Positions 41,473 to 55,627 of a DNA stretch of 64,000 nucleotides are shown here, in pieces (the first letter of the stretch is position 1; each line of letters starts with the position of its first letter). Origin of the DNA: Octopus vulgaris (Eukaryota); NCBI GenBank assembly GCA_951406725.2, contig OX597815.1, forward strand, positions 94,488,001 to 94,552,000, read 5' to 3'. The position numbers and the translations under genes are program-made. The notes under the pieces were generated by a model. The model saw only the letters and a program-made list of their open reading frames with translations, was not told the origin of the DNA and ran no database searches.

Positions 41473-41593
41473 CATTATTATTGTTATTATTATTCTGGTT
41501 ACTGCCTGGAATCGAACTCGGAATATTGGGGTTAGTAGCTCGCTCTCTTAACCACTACGTCATATGCCCACGGGCATATGACGTAGTGGTTAA
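41245..41593 (-). mobile_element. Penelope pLTR-like unit: tRNA-like head, (AAT)n, hammerhead and tail
   Basis: Homologous to 12965-13360. Minus-strand head GGGCATATGACGTAGTGGTTAAG...GAGTTCGATTCC has A- and B-box-like motifs. Confidence 0.75.
41308..41353 (-). ncRNA. Minimal type I hammerhead ribozyme
   Basis: GACAC-CTGATGA-a-GGCT(CGAAGGTATATC)AGCC-GAAA-CGTT-GTGTT. Stem III is reduced to the palindrome AACGTT. Confidence 0.7.
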
Positions 41594-41786
41594 ATATAGA
41601 ATTATATTACGTTATTACAGTTAAGAATCTTTGGTCTAGCGCTGCAGAGTCAGAAGCAAAAATGGAGGCACAAACATTTTTATGATGTTTATGTGAACAC
41701 ACAGAAGAAACTCTAGAGCAGCAAGAGACTAACTCGACCCAAACAAATAAATAAAAGATAATATATATATAAACATGTGTGTGTGA

Positions 41787-41819
<33 letters not shown>

Positions 41820-42161
41820 TAGATAGGTAGACAGATCTGAAAATACGTAGGTAGTTTATGGATATGAACGTTTTATGAGACTAGATCAATATGTCTCAAA
41901 CAGATAGAATATTGGCAAACCGCAGTGAAAATTATTTCCTGCAGTTCATTGGTCGAACGTTTCCTGAAAGGATATACACTTATCTATTTTGTAGTCTATT
42001 TATTTATCAACTTTCACCGAAATTTCCCAAAACCAGGGACTACTTTCAGTCAATATCCATTATATTTTGTCGTCGGTTTTATTTTCATTTTTACACCCGC
42101 TCTTATCTGTCATATTTTTTATTATGATTTTGTCCGGTATTTTTTCACCTTGCTGCTGCTG

Positions 42162-42234
<73 letters not shown>

Positions 42235-42271
42235 CTCTACTACGATTATTGAAAATCTCAATATTTGTATC

Positions 42272-42326
<55 letters not shown>

Positions 42327-45069
42327 CGAGAAAGAGAAAGGTACAGAGAGAGGGTGAGAACATTTGTGCAAAATGGGCTTGGGTGATAGTGGTGTACATC
42401 CAGCTCGTTTCAAAGAGCAGAGGCCATTGAGTAGCAACAGAAAAGGCAAACTGAACTGACAGCGCGTCTCTTGCTAAAAATGATATGTAATGGTGAGTGA
42501 TTTCACTCTTATCGGTCCGCTGGCTTTCTTTTGGATGCAGCGTAAAATATTCGTATGCGTAATAGCAACACCGTCCAACAATTGGGAGAAGTATAACTCC
42601 TCTAAGTTTCGTATGTGTATGACACTACCGCTCATAGCCGGTGCATAGTACCTAGTACTGATTTTTATGTTATTGTTCGTGCAGAGAACTGAGGACGACA
42701 TTATCAAATGTGCCCTTTCATCATACTCTTGTTTGTGATTAGAGAGAAATTTGATTGCTATTTCTTTTTGTTCGGGTGACCATATAGAAGACCTCTCATT
42801 AGTTTGCTTTATTTTTTTTTTGTTTACTCAAGGTGAGTTCTGATGACGCAAACCTACGAACAAAGGCATTATGACATTTTGCACATCAGAGATTACACTA
42901 CATAAGTCACTTCCTTGTTTAAAAAGGTTAGGTGGCATTTGAGCGAAATTTAACCTCTATTTGTAGCAGGTCGAGTGACCAAGTGAATGCCTTATCGAAA
43001 TTTATGTGTTAACCGTTTGCATCCGCTAACAATTGAGAGATTGTCGAAGGAAACAAAATGTGATATTTAATTACATCTCTCTTACAATCTGAGTTCAAAT
43101 CCCGCCGGAGTCAAGTTGGCCCTTTACCTTTCCTGTCGATAAAATATAGACTAGACAAGTAATGGGAACGGCATACACTTTGCCTGTGTTAGAAACCAAT
43201 TATTATATTTATTATGAGTAACTCTTTGTTTCTGTTTTCAGCTTTATATTCCCAATGTTTTCATTTCCATATCATTATGTTTGATCATTTTCAGGCTAAC
43301 GTTGATAATAAATAGTCTTGAGCCTTTTCTATATATTCCAATTATATTCTATCTATCTTTTTCCTTCTTGTATCCGCTCTTTACTCTCTTCACCAGTCCA
43401 GTATGATTCTTCTCTTTGTCTATCCGATTGTACGTCTTACACATACATACGAGTGTTTTTGTGTGAGTGCTATTAATTATTGATCTATTCGATCAAGGTT
43501 ATTTGTGACTATAACAACTAACAAAGCGACAGCGCCTACATCTATATTAAATCTCACTCTTAGCAAATATATGGATACGCACATAGACATATACAGATTT
43601 AGTCCTTCGATCAAACACTTAATCTCTGCTACATTGTTTAATCTATAAAAGTGACCTTTTTCTGCAAGATTTTCTCGTTTTCGAGATTATCTGTTTTTAA
43701 GCCCTAGTTAGCCGAAGTATAAGCTTTTTCTTCATTGTCTCCTTGCCTTGTGAATCGAGTCTGTCCAATGAATATTCTAGAAGAAGTATGTCATACAATG
43801 TTACTTCTTTAATTCTGTAATCTAATCATATGTATATCTGCTACAAGTTATAATTATTGTAATATGTTTTTCGTTTCTGTCGATAGGTCAATTCCTTTAC
43901 ATGATATAGAATTGTTGTTAGATATAAAAGTTATTTTATATCTTCAGCTGTAGAATATATAACATATGCAAAGAAAGCACTCATGCTCCTAAAAATACGG
44001 AATGGCTGTAGCAGGAATGCTACTGGTTATTGGTCTATTCGATCAAAGTTATTTGTGACTACAATAACAAACGTTTACATGTATATTAAATTTCACTCTT
44101 AGCTAAATATCATACGTTAATGTGTTATTTCGTTGAATGCAATCATTAAGATTAAACTAATATCCATCTGAAGTATATTTGAAATAAATTATATTTCTAA
44201 CATGAAATTACATTTATGTTTATCTACGTTTTCTTAACTTCCTTGAATTAAATTTTTGTGGAAATGTATCGTATATTTGATTTATAATAATTCAATATTA
44301 TAAGAGTGCTGAGATGCAGGTAACTTCTTCCGACAACGCTTGTAAGAAATCCTTTTAGCCAAAGGACATTTTCGAGTAACTTGCATACATACAGGATGTA
44401 CGTAATACATACTGTATACGTAATATGTACAGGAAAACTTTGAACTAAATTACAGTATAACTTAATAACTCAAATTAACAATTAATTGAAATATAAAATT
44501 TCAATTTTGTCTCATAAACTATAGAAACAAACTAATTAGAATATATATAGTTCGGTTTAGGATTTTAATTTTGCTTATTTAACATTTGTCGGTTGTATTA
44601 GTAACGTTTTAAGCAAAACACTTAATGATATTGACAGTTATCAATGAGATTGTTAAGTGTTAATACCGTTTTAATTGGGAACACGTTAGGCATACAATGG
44701 TTGTTAAATGATTTTTATATTCTTTTCACAAAATTTACACGAAAAAAAATACTGAAAAAAGGAAATAGAATAATTTAATGCTAGAACTGCAAGGGATGAC
44801 ACGAATCAATAATTAGCTCTGATAATATCGCCTTAATTGCAGAACATGATGTCAGTTTAATACAGGTTGCACAAGTCTGACACTTGTTTTGCGTAATGAA
44901 ATAAACTTGTGCATGTAAATGAAATAAAATGAGGCATGTTAAAGACAGTATCTCAACCACATAAATGATTACGTGGGAGACAGAACAGCTAGTAAGTCGA
45001 AATATATATGTATCCACATTTTACTTCCTATGTACATACGTTCATACATTCATACACAGAGACAGACAG

Positions 45070-45139
<70 letters not shown>

Positions 45140-46653
45140 GTAAAGAAATTATCTATAGAAATTATGAAATATTATTCTGCTTATGTTATTTTGCTTTCTA
45201 TTTTGAAACTTTACTAAATAGTTGGCAAATCGACAGCAAATCGGCCAATTAGTATTGCATTTAGCGAATTGGCAGATTCGACAGAACGTAGGACAGAATA
45301 TCATGAGGTATTTCTTCTAGGTCTCTGCACTCTGAGTTGAAGTCCCACTAAAATAAACTTAACTTTCATCGTTTTAAGGACCGATAGATTCAAATATGAG
45401 TTCACAGTAGTATTCTGGTGGTGTATATAGTTAAACATTTTTTTTATCTGAGTTGTTGGGTTGTATGCTTCAACCACCGTCTATCACATAATCCGCGAAC
45501 CCTCTGTTAAAAGTATTCAGACCAGTGCCACACTATGCTTCTACGCTCGCTATTCTAAATAAAATATATAAAAAGAAATGGAAAAAATCATTAGAATATC
45601 TCATGTCTGACATACCTGAATATTTCTTCTATTTCACCACAAAACTATCCTCAGTTTTGAGGGTAACGTTCACTTTCCATCCTACTAATTTCAGAGGTCC
45701 TGATGAAGTTCTGCCTTTCTTATTCAGACTAAACTTTAAAAATAGCGTATATTTCAGGGTATCCATAGCTTTAGAAGAGATTCTCCTCAATTTTCCAACA
45801 GGCCATTATATCTTGCTATTTTGAAGTGGTGAACGAGAGGTTGAAAACTTAGATTAATTCAGATGTGTAGAAGCAAAGCACGGTCATATCTTTAATAACA
45901 TGATATAATGCATCCAAGCTCAAATTTTCCTGTGGTTAATTTAATTTCTTTCTATTTTTATGGGGTTGATAACCAAAACAATCTACTGTACTGTTCTTCT
46001 TCAAAAAACAATTCCTCACATTCATTCAACTGTCTATAAGTAACAATAAAATCATTTTTATTTCTATTTTTGCAGGTTTTACTTCCCGCCTGGTGCCAAA
46101 AACCTTGGATGAATAATCGCCAAAAGTTCTAGGTGAGCTTGGTAGTTCACTATTCTTTTTTCGTAAATGACACTAAGATCTCCTTTCAAATATAATATTT
46201 TAAATTCTAAATTGCAAACACAATCTTATCTCACCAGATCTATCTATTATCAATAACAACAACATTAAGACTCTTTTAGGTTACATAAAAGGACTTAACT
46301 CCAACAAAAATAAGTAAGAATAGAAACACTAGAAGATGGTATTGTGTTGAAGTATAACTTCAATAAGACCAGCTTAAAACAGGACTATGATGTTATTTTA
46401 ATCCAAATATTTTACTTTACTATACTACTTACCTATATAATGCTGAACTATATCAGACTGCTAATGTATACTGTGCCATGCTATGCTTCTACGCTACTCT
46501 TTAAAAAAAAAAGTAAAAATCATTAGAATATCTCATGTCTGACATACCTGAATATTTCCTCTATTTCCCACAAAACCATTCACTATGCATCTCCTTGTCA
46601 TGATCATCATGATCATCATGATCTTCAAGTCATCTCGATCATCAATCAGCAAT

Positions 46654-46696
<43 letters not shown>

Positions 46697-46958
46697 ACTA
46701 CTACTACTACTACTACTACTGCTGCCGATGCGGCTGCTGCTGCTGTTGCTGTTGCTAATACTGCTGCTGCTTGTACTGCTACTGCTGCTGGGACTTTTAC
46801 GGCTGCTACTGCCGCCGTCGCCGACACCACCACCACCACCACCACCACCACCACCACCACCACCACCACCACCTCCACCATGGTGACGACGAAGATAGTG
46901 ATTTCTTTCTTCTAAATTTATTTCCGTCTGTCAAGAAGAAATAGATAGATAAATAGGT

Positions 46959-47017
<59 letters not shown>

Positions 47018-47638
47018 CTTGAATGGGAGAACGAACGTCGCATATCAAACGCTATTAGCTGCGTCTATTAGCTGGTTTCAAAATGTTAACCGATAATATA
47101 ATCAATTCAGTTAAACTTCTAATGAGGTTTAGAATTACATGACCACCATATATTCTTATCATTGTGTATAAATTGATAATTTTGAGATAATGTAAAAAGA
47201 AAACAATAGCAATAAAATTTAACTTCTCTTAGCTTTAGAATAGTCTTGGGAATATGGAATAAACTGAAGAGAAAATAAACAGAGAAAATTTGGTTTGCAT
47301 AAAACATGTTACACCTGACTTCACATACATCCACGTGCACACAAATGCATTTATGAGCTCATATACGCACACATATTTAAACTAAAATTTTGTCGAGTGT
47401 CCAACGGTGGGTATGTGATTTTTCAGGTGAAAGATTGTAGATTGTCAAATAAACTTGCCACAAAAATCTCAGTTCAAATAAATATACGAATTAATTCGAC
47501 AACATGTACTGAAGAGATTTTTCTGTTTTCTTTTACGGGCTACAACTGTTTCATTTGCAAATATTCGGTCAGCTTCTCTTTGTTTTTCCTTCTAATTTTT
47601 TTTTGGTAATGCCTTTTTTGATGTTTTCCTTTAATTTT

Positions 47639-47746
47639 TTTTTACACTGACGAGAATGGTAATACATAGCTATTTTAATTATTATTATTATTATTTGTTT
47701 TTTCTTACATGTTTGTATTGTCATTTGAAACGGTCGTATGTGGAAA
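47639..47746 (+). ncRNA. Type I hammerhead-like fold with 12-bp stem II and large AT-rich loop
   Basis: TTTTTACA-CTGACGA-GAATGGTAATAC...GTATTGTCATTT-GAAA-CGGTCG-TA-TGTGGAAA; predicted cleavage after GUA (47738). Confidence 0.65.
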
Positions 47747-47880
47747 GTAAATTCTATTTTGAACTTTTAACATCTCTTCTCCATTTTTATAATTGTTAGT
47801 AGTGTTTTATTTAAGATTTTATCTTATACATGCTTATAACGAACATTTTACTTATATATATATATATATATATATATATA

Positions 47881-48946
47881 CTAGCAGTATAACCCGGCCT
47901 TGCCCGGGATTTAATTACGACTATTAAGCTAATCAAGTTCTTTATTTCAAACCAAACTAAGTAATATCGACGTCAAATTTGGGCAAAATCCGTTGAAATT
48001 GGTTATATTATATATATATATTATATATTATATATATATAATATAATATAATATAAATATATATGGGCAACAGACACGAACACACATGTACGTACGTACA
48101 TCTATTGCATGTTTTGTGCATGCATACATGTTCATAAACAGAAATGAATGGAAAAATGTTGTTAAATTTGTAGATTAACACTCGCACGATTTTCACAAAG
48201 AAAAATAATCGTTTTTTTTTTTGCGCGGAATCAACTACTCTGGCCTCCTAATATGCTACAAAACCCTTTTTATGGTCCGTGAAACGGAGTGGGTGTGGTT
48301 GAAGCCTCGGAAATTGTACCCATTTATATTGTGCAATTCACTGACAAATTGCTACTCACCTCTTTGTTTCTTTGTTGTTAAATAAATGGATTGTTAACAA
48401 AACACTTTTTTACTCGGCGTAAAATAAAAACAAAACTCTTTCGCAACCAAAGTAATGTGTGTGAGAGAGAGGGGGAGAGAAAGATGAACGATTTAAAATA
48501 AATAAATGATTTAAAATAAATATATTGTAATTGTTGTGTGAGAAAGTATATATACTATGATTATAAAATATAGTGTATTTCAAAAACATCCAGAATTTGA
48601 ACACTATATCTCGTGTTTAAGAAAAGACAAAACATTTTACATTTTATATTTTATGAACGTCGTCACTTACTCTCTGTCCCTCTCTCACTTTGTCTTTCCC
48701 GTGAAACTCTCTGCCTCTCTTCTTCCACTTTTCTTTATCTTGTTTTTTTTTGACGCCATCAAAAAGCTATGGCTGAAAATAGATTTTTACCGCTAAAAGT
48801 TATGGCTGAAAATAGATTTTTACCGCTATCCGCGGGTGCCTCGGGAAAAAATAAGTTGACAAAACCCAGATAGGATGTTGGCGAATGTCCTCCTAAAATT
48901 TGAGTGACATGCGTGCTAATTTGTGGATGTGTATAAACTACAATCA

Positions 48947-49003
<57 letters not shown>

Positions 49004-52000
49004 GGCACACACACACACCTTGCGTATATATATACATATATATATATATAAATATATATGTATTCCCAACCACATGGTTCTGGGTTCAGTACTATTGCGT
49101 GACACCTTGGGCAAGTGTCTTCTGCTATAGACTCGGGCCGACCAAAGACTTGTGAGTATATCTGGTTGACGTAAACCGTAAGAAGCCCGTCTTATATATG
49201 TATATATATAATTATAGTATATTCTGTTAAGAACATAGTAGAATACAGTATAAAGCTCGCTCGTGCATTTTCACATTCAAACTGTGCTTTCCAGTAGTAG
49301 TATTATATGTATTTCCAGGTTTGCGTTTGGGCATCTGTCGTGTGTGAATAGATAATTGAAAAAACTGGAGTCAACAAGAAGGGTACGGTTGGACATTTGT
49401 TTTTTAATCACTACTTCTGCCTAACTTCTGCAAGGAGAAGCTTTGTAATAAATGTTTTTCCTGTCCCTCCAGGAGCAACGAGGAAGAAGATTCGTCCCTC
49501 ACGTTGGCGTACACTGTTAATAATAGTTCTGTAGGCCTGCAGCTGGTCCGGAAGTAATTTAGGCTCATTTTTAACAATGTACTTTGAAAGCGCTTGAGTG
49601 TCGTAGGTTGTTTCATGAATGACAGCAGTGGGAAGGCTATTTGACCCTGACCTGAATGCTTGTGGCAGGCCATACGTCGACAATTCATTTCTACCCAGTT
49701 TAGCAATTCTGTCTTCAATGTGAATGAGTGTTTTGTTATAGATTTCATTGCTGATACTCTCCATGTCAGGATAGAGCAGTTGAGCTTGGCGCTGAAAGTC
49801 TTCAGCCAGGTTGTCTCTATATTTGAGCCATTGAGTGGCCGGATCACACAGTTCGCATGCCTGTAGTAATACTGCAAATAGTACCATGAGATTTTAGGTG
49901 ATTGTGATAAAGCAGCCTCTCCTAAAGTTGCATCCCATTGTGCACCATCTTCTAACAGACCTTGTCGATAGCAGGCTTCTCTGTATGTTGTGCAGGCATG
50001 TCCATGAACGGTTTTTAGGGCCTAGAAAGACGTTGGCCCTCTGACCTCATGCAGTAGTAGACGAAGGTAGAAACACTCTTGTTGAGTGGGATGCACTATG
50101 TATACTCGCCCAAGGCAAGTGTGAAACTTAATGCCAGGGTATCCATGAACATTTTAACCTGCTTTCCGTGGGGCCCATTTTTTCCCATTCCAAGTGTAGT
50201 ACGATGGAATCTGTGGATACAGCAAGGTTTGAGCGAATGGATCCACTTGACAAAGCTTGAAGAATGCAGTGAGTGTGCTATTCCTTGGTTCCTCTGCCAG
50301 CAGAGAAGCATTAGCATCGGTGAACTACACTCTTTAACCATTTTCCAGGTGCACTGCAAGCTGTTGAATGGTGGGGTGTCGTTGGTGAATTGGAAAGCCA
50401 AAGATGCGCCAGAAAACCTCGTTGCTACTTATGTACCGTCCCACCTTGATAATGCGTCACCTCATCCTGGCAGTATTCTTGTTGAAGTCCAAACATTGCA
50501 GCGTCAGAACCCTTGTTTACATATTTGCAAACGTACTTGATGGATTTAACGGAGTTGCAAAACTCAACGTTGATGTGAGCATTGAAAGTCTTTGACAGGA
50601 GTGGGCAGTATGGAACAATCCATATATTATCAATATCGTGCTGTCCGATAGTTGCTGTGAAACCTCCGTCTCCTGGTTTTCTGCGTCTGTATGATGGATA
50701 CCCATCAGCACCTGTCTGAGTTTCTTGTAGGAACCTCCTTGGAAATCCTTTTGAACATATGCTGTCCTTCAAGCATAGTGAGTTTATGTTGAATCCACGT
50801 CCACACGGACCATGTACCATGTTTGCTTTAACTATTTCGTATAGTTCTTTGTCTAAAGCTGGATCAGGAAGCTCTGCAGAGATTATGTTGTCGATGTCAT
50901 TGGAATTGATCTTCGCTGAGAGGCAAAGCAAGATATGAGCATGTGGAAGGCTCCTTTTTTGCCACTCGATTGTGTACATGTCACATTGTATGGGCCTAAA
51001 GACTTGCCCTTTTTGTATGAGCTCCATGAGAGAGATTAACTTCAGATGGAAAACTCGGGCGTTGAGATTCCGGTTCGAATGTAAGGCAGGTTTGAAAGTG
51101 TTCCCAACAGTTATTAGTTGTAGTGATAGAGTGTTTATGCCGAATATGTACGTATGCATGTATATATATGTATGTATGCCTGTATATATGAACAAAATCC
51201 ACTGAGAAGGCTTTTGTTGGTCTGAGGCTACCGCAGAAGACACATGCCAAGTCACCACACAATGGGACTGAACCCAGGACCATGTGTTTGGAACGTAGTT
51301 TGTTACCACACAGCCACACCTGCCCCAATGTATGTGTGTGTGTATGTGCGTATGTGTGTATGGGTAGATATATTATGCATGTATATCTGTGTATATATAT
51401 GTGTACATATTACATGTACATCTATATATATGCATCTACACATAAAATACAAAATACAAAGTTATATCTTGATATCGCTAGTGATAACAATACTCAAAAT
51501 ATATAATAGACTGGAATTGTAGGCCCGTCTCTTGCAATTTCGATCAATTGGATCTTGTCCTCCCTCTTGTATAGAAGTGTACGGCTGCAGCGAAGTTCAT
51601 TTTTGGACTTTCTTCTATCGAAGGCATTTTAACAAAAATTCTTCCGTAAAGACGGTGAAAATATTGTCAATTCCCCCAAACAGGGACACAATTCAATTTT
51701 TAAACAATAACCAAAACCCCTTCTCCGAAAGGGGGAGGGTTACGGTTTACAATTATTTAACAAATGCAACACAACAACGTTTCCCTGACGAGGAACCAAC
51801 ACACGTGATTACAATAGTCAAACAGTAATAATAATAACAACAAACCTTTTTAATTTATGTGAAGCCACTTATTCAAGTTCAAGTCATTGATGCAATTTTA
51901 TACGAATTGCTAATACACACACACATAATAAGGGTGAAAAATTGAATATTAATTTGATTAATATGAATTGAAAACCAGTGGTGTAGCATATAAGACCATA

Positions 52001-52339
52001 GCGGATCCTCTCTTCTAGTAAAATGGATGACCATTGTTAATGGTTCATCCCTGTTATATAATACTTTCACTTTAATAGTGAAAGTGTCTGCATTACAAAA
52101 GATAAAATGTTTTTGTTTCACTTTTAACACGTAATACTGAAATAGTGGAGAAGATATGATATTACTGTGGGGTCGCCGTAGGGAAAAAGTTAAGACCTTT
52201 TTGCCGATGACACTCCCCGGACCTTAAGTAAGGCATGTGTCAAATTTGAATGAAATTGGTTGTGTAGTTCTCAAGTTTTAGGGAAAAACACAGACAGACA
52301 GACAGACAGACACAATTCTCAGTTTTATATATAGAGAGA
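47881..52339 (-). mobile_element. Helitron, internally deleted, with Rep and helicase remnants and nested SINEs
   Basis: 5' TC at 52339; 3' hairpin CCCGGGCAAGGCCGGG plus CTAG at 47881. Rep motifs IEWQKRSLPHAHILL and KYVCKYVNKG (ORF 50425..51309). Helicase Walker A APGGTGKTF (ORF 49411..49887). SINE A pieces at ~49065-49195 and ~51190-51330. Confidence 0.9.
49400..51135 (-). pseudogene. Helitron RepHel protein remnant
   Basis: HUH and Y2 motifs; GRVYIVHP..ECFYLRLLLHEVRGPTSF (~50110-50030); GGTGKT. Frameshifted. Confidence 0.88.
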
Positions 52340-54087
52340 TAATTATTTAACGTTCACTTTCCTTGCATGGGTTGGCATGGGTTGAGCAGGCAGGAGAGTT
52401 ACACCAAGTTCCAGTCTGACTTCGTTTAGTTTCTACACCTTGGTTTCACCTCAACTCCAACCATTTTACAGAGTGTGTACATTCATACACACATACCTAT
52501 ATGTAGTTATGGCAAATGAAAGACAGAAGATGGAATATATGAGAATTTATCATTAATCACGACAATTGGTTCAACACATTTAGCATACATCCCTCATGGG
52601 TGGGACACTCAGCAACTGCTTCAGGAGCATCCGGCAGTGCAGATGTGTCTCATTGGGTGATAAATAGACACAACTCTTTAAAATAACTGTTCCGCAATGT
52701 AACTTCTCATTTTCTAGGAAAAAAAAGCAGCCAGACGGAGGAAATATCTTCATTTACATAGAAGATCAAAAATAAAATCACAGATGGAAAAAAGAGAAAC
52801 GAACACGCAACACAGCAAGAAAATTATGAAAAGTAACCGTCTTATTACCCAATATATGTAGTTATGTGTATGTGTGTTATGTATATATATATATTTCTGT
52901 GAGTACGTATGCATGCATCTAAACATGCATGTTTGGGCAAATGAGTTGTATGAGTGTGCATTTGTACTATTTACTTTACTGTGGATGACATTTTATGTTA
53001 AAACACTTCTAACACGGATGGTCATTTGGTCAGTTGGTCAAGATGGTCAGTCTAGTAACAAATACTTAGAATTACCGTTTACATGAGATATTATTTTTCA
53101 TTCATTCGTGTTAACGTTTATTATCAAGAGATTATTTCTTATTTATGTTACCATTATTACACTTGTTACCTTATTAGCAAGTTAGTACAGCAATGCTTTA
53201 TACGGGAAGCTTTGATTAGAAACAGAATATTTGAATGGTCTACACACTATCGGAAAATAACACCTGAGACAAATCATCCGCCAGTTATTTTAAATGATAA
53301 CACATCTGACAAAAAACGAAAGAAATTATAACCAATGATGAAAGAACGTTAATCTTCATTTGTTAAAATTCAAATAACTAAAGCTAAATTGATGGGCGAG
53401 ATGTAAACCTTAGCAGTATGATGCGGTTTGAGTTTCGATGTGTTAGGGTGTAAGTTATATGTTGTCTCGACTTCCTATTGAAGTTACATAGTATATTCGC
53501 ATTGTTATTTAAATTAAAGAGGATGCTTGTATGGGTATCATCAAGTTTTTTAAAAATCTAATAGGTTAAAATTAGATGGCCAGGCGAGTGTATTAACTTA
53601 GTTATTGTAGGCCAAAGTGTATCCAAGCGTAGCCTTTCGAATTCGTGCAGGTGTCAAACGTAGCTTTACATGCACTAATCTCTAGTTATTTATAGGAAGC
53701 AGGATCGTCAAGTTTTGCATAATATCCACATCAGAGTATCTAAAATTATGTCTTATTTGCCAATTTGCCTCATTGTATTGTCACATTTTTCCGGTTCACA
53801 GGATATTTTAATATCCTTTTCGATATTACTGAAAAGTGTCTGAAACTAGAAACCATTTTCAACTTATAATTAATACTGGTTCTAGCTCTCCCTATGTAGT
53901 ACTCCAAATTGGCTTTTTATTTACAATTTAATTAAGGCAAGCATAGAATAAGGAAACGGCATGAACAACAATAACAATAAAGTCAAGAAAACAAACGTCG
54001 TCATCATCATCAACAACAGCAATAGTAGCAAGACAACAAAAACAACAACAATGAAAGCAGCAGCAACAAAGAGATCAATAAAAAAGA

Positions 54088-54133
<46 letters not shown>

Positions 54134-55627
54134 ATCGGTTCACCAGACAGCAGAAGCTCAAAATTAGATCCGTTGTTTGGTAATGTAATACAAACCTAGA
54201 TTGACTTCGTTGTAAAAAAAACAATACGGAATTCAATCTTAGGCTCCGGCATTGTTTCCTAGGTCACATCTAATCATATTTTTATAGGAAGAAAAAAACA
54301 AATAAAAGCTGTCCTTTATAGAAGTATAAACAGAAGAGGTGATGACTCTACTACAGAGAATTTGAAGGATGTGTGAGAGTCAATATGGCATGTTACAAGA
54401 GAAGGCAATATAGGTGTGTAGTAGCACACTGCCTCACCGAGAAAAAAATCAATATAAATATCCGCACATACATTCTTCTCCGAGGAACATGGACACCCAC
54501 TTTCATATCTAGGGAACACGTGTTGGGCGACACTAAGTAATGTGCCACCTGATATAAAATACTGGGGGATCATTAATATGACAACAACCCTACTCTTATT
54601 TAAATTAGAGATACAGGGCTGCTCACTTCAGAAAACTTTCATCATCATCATCATCATCACCATCATCATTACAATCACCATCATCACCAACATCATACTA
54701 TCATTATCATTAGCATAGTTTTTCTGTAGTCTCAATTGTGTTGCTTACTTTCACTCTTCAGTCGAATACAACTTTGTGGGCCTCGGTTACGTGCAGATCT
54801 TGTATTGATTTTGAGGTTACCAGTTGTATTAATATTACTCGATGTAATAAGCAAGCAGTATCTATTAGTATAATTTTCTATAAATTATGTATAAGTCATG
54901 GAGCTTGTTTATATATATGTCTGCATATGAAATAATTCCAAGATAACTATTATTATAAGGACTGATTCTGTTTTCAATCTACACATTTTAGGTATTTCTA
55001 TTTTTTTGATTTTCATATCTGAATATTTCTCCATTTCTTTCAGTGATACATAATCAGAAATTGGGAATAATATTTCAGTAAAGGTGTACTTCATTTTCTG
55101 ACGCGCCTTGCTAACAATGGTTCTTCGAATAACTTTGATGTAGGTGTGTATATTGAAGGATTACTTATTTTGTCCATGTCTGAAACATTTTCTGGAGTAT
55201 GTTTTTATCATTTCTTTTCTGTCGGCAGAGACAACTTTTCGTACATGTTTATTCAGAGGAAGTTAATTTTGTCATCTCTCGCGGAACGATAAAATAGAGT
55301 GCTAATCAAGTAATAGTGTCGATTTGGCCTACAACCCTCACTTACCATCAAATTATAAAGTTGTTGGCACCGTGCCTATGTTAGAAATAACTCTTGCTGC
55401 TGTTGCTGTTGTTGTTGTTGTTGTTTGCACACCAGACATAGTGCTTAGCGGCATTGGGGTAGATACAATCGATTAGACCACACCTATTGTTATTTCAGGC
55501 ACAAGGCCTGAAGTTCTGGGTAAGAATATGTCTGAAAGAATGACAAAGCGATAATACTTTACGATATTCCAATCCCAGCACACAGGTTTCGATATACAGT
55601 TTGTTTTGTTTCGAAGAATCAGAGACT

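Noticed and set aside
41497-41574. Bona fide tRNA gene
   Set aside because: It has A- and B-box-like motifs but no clean acceptor or anticodon stems, and it is embedded in a repeat unit.
52553-52630. Minus-strand CTGAAGC...GAACCAATTGTC hammerhead-like trace
   Set aside because: Two core mismatches and no convincing stem I or stem II.
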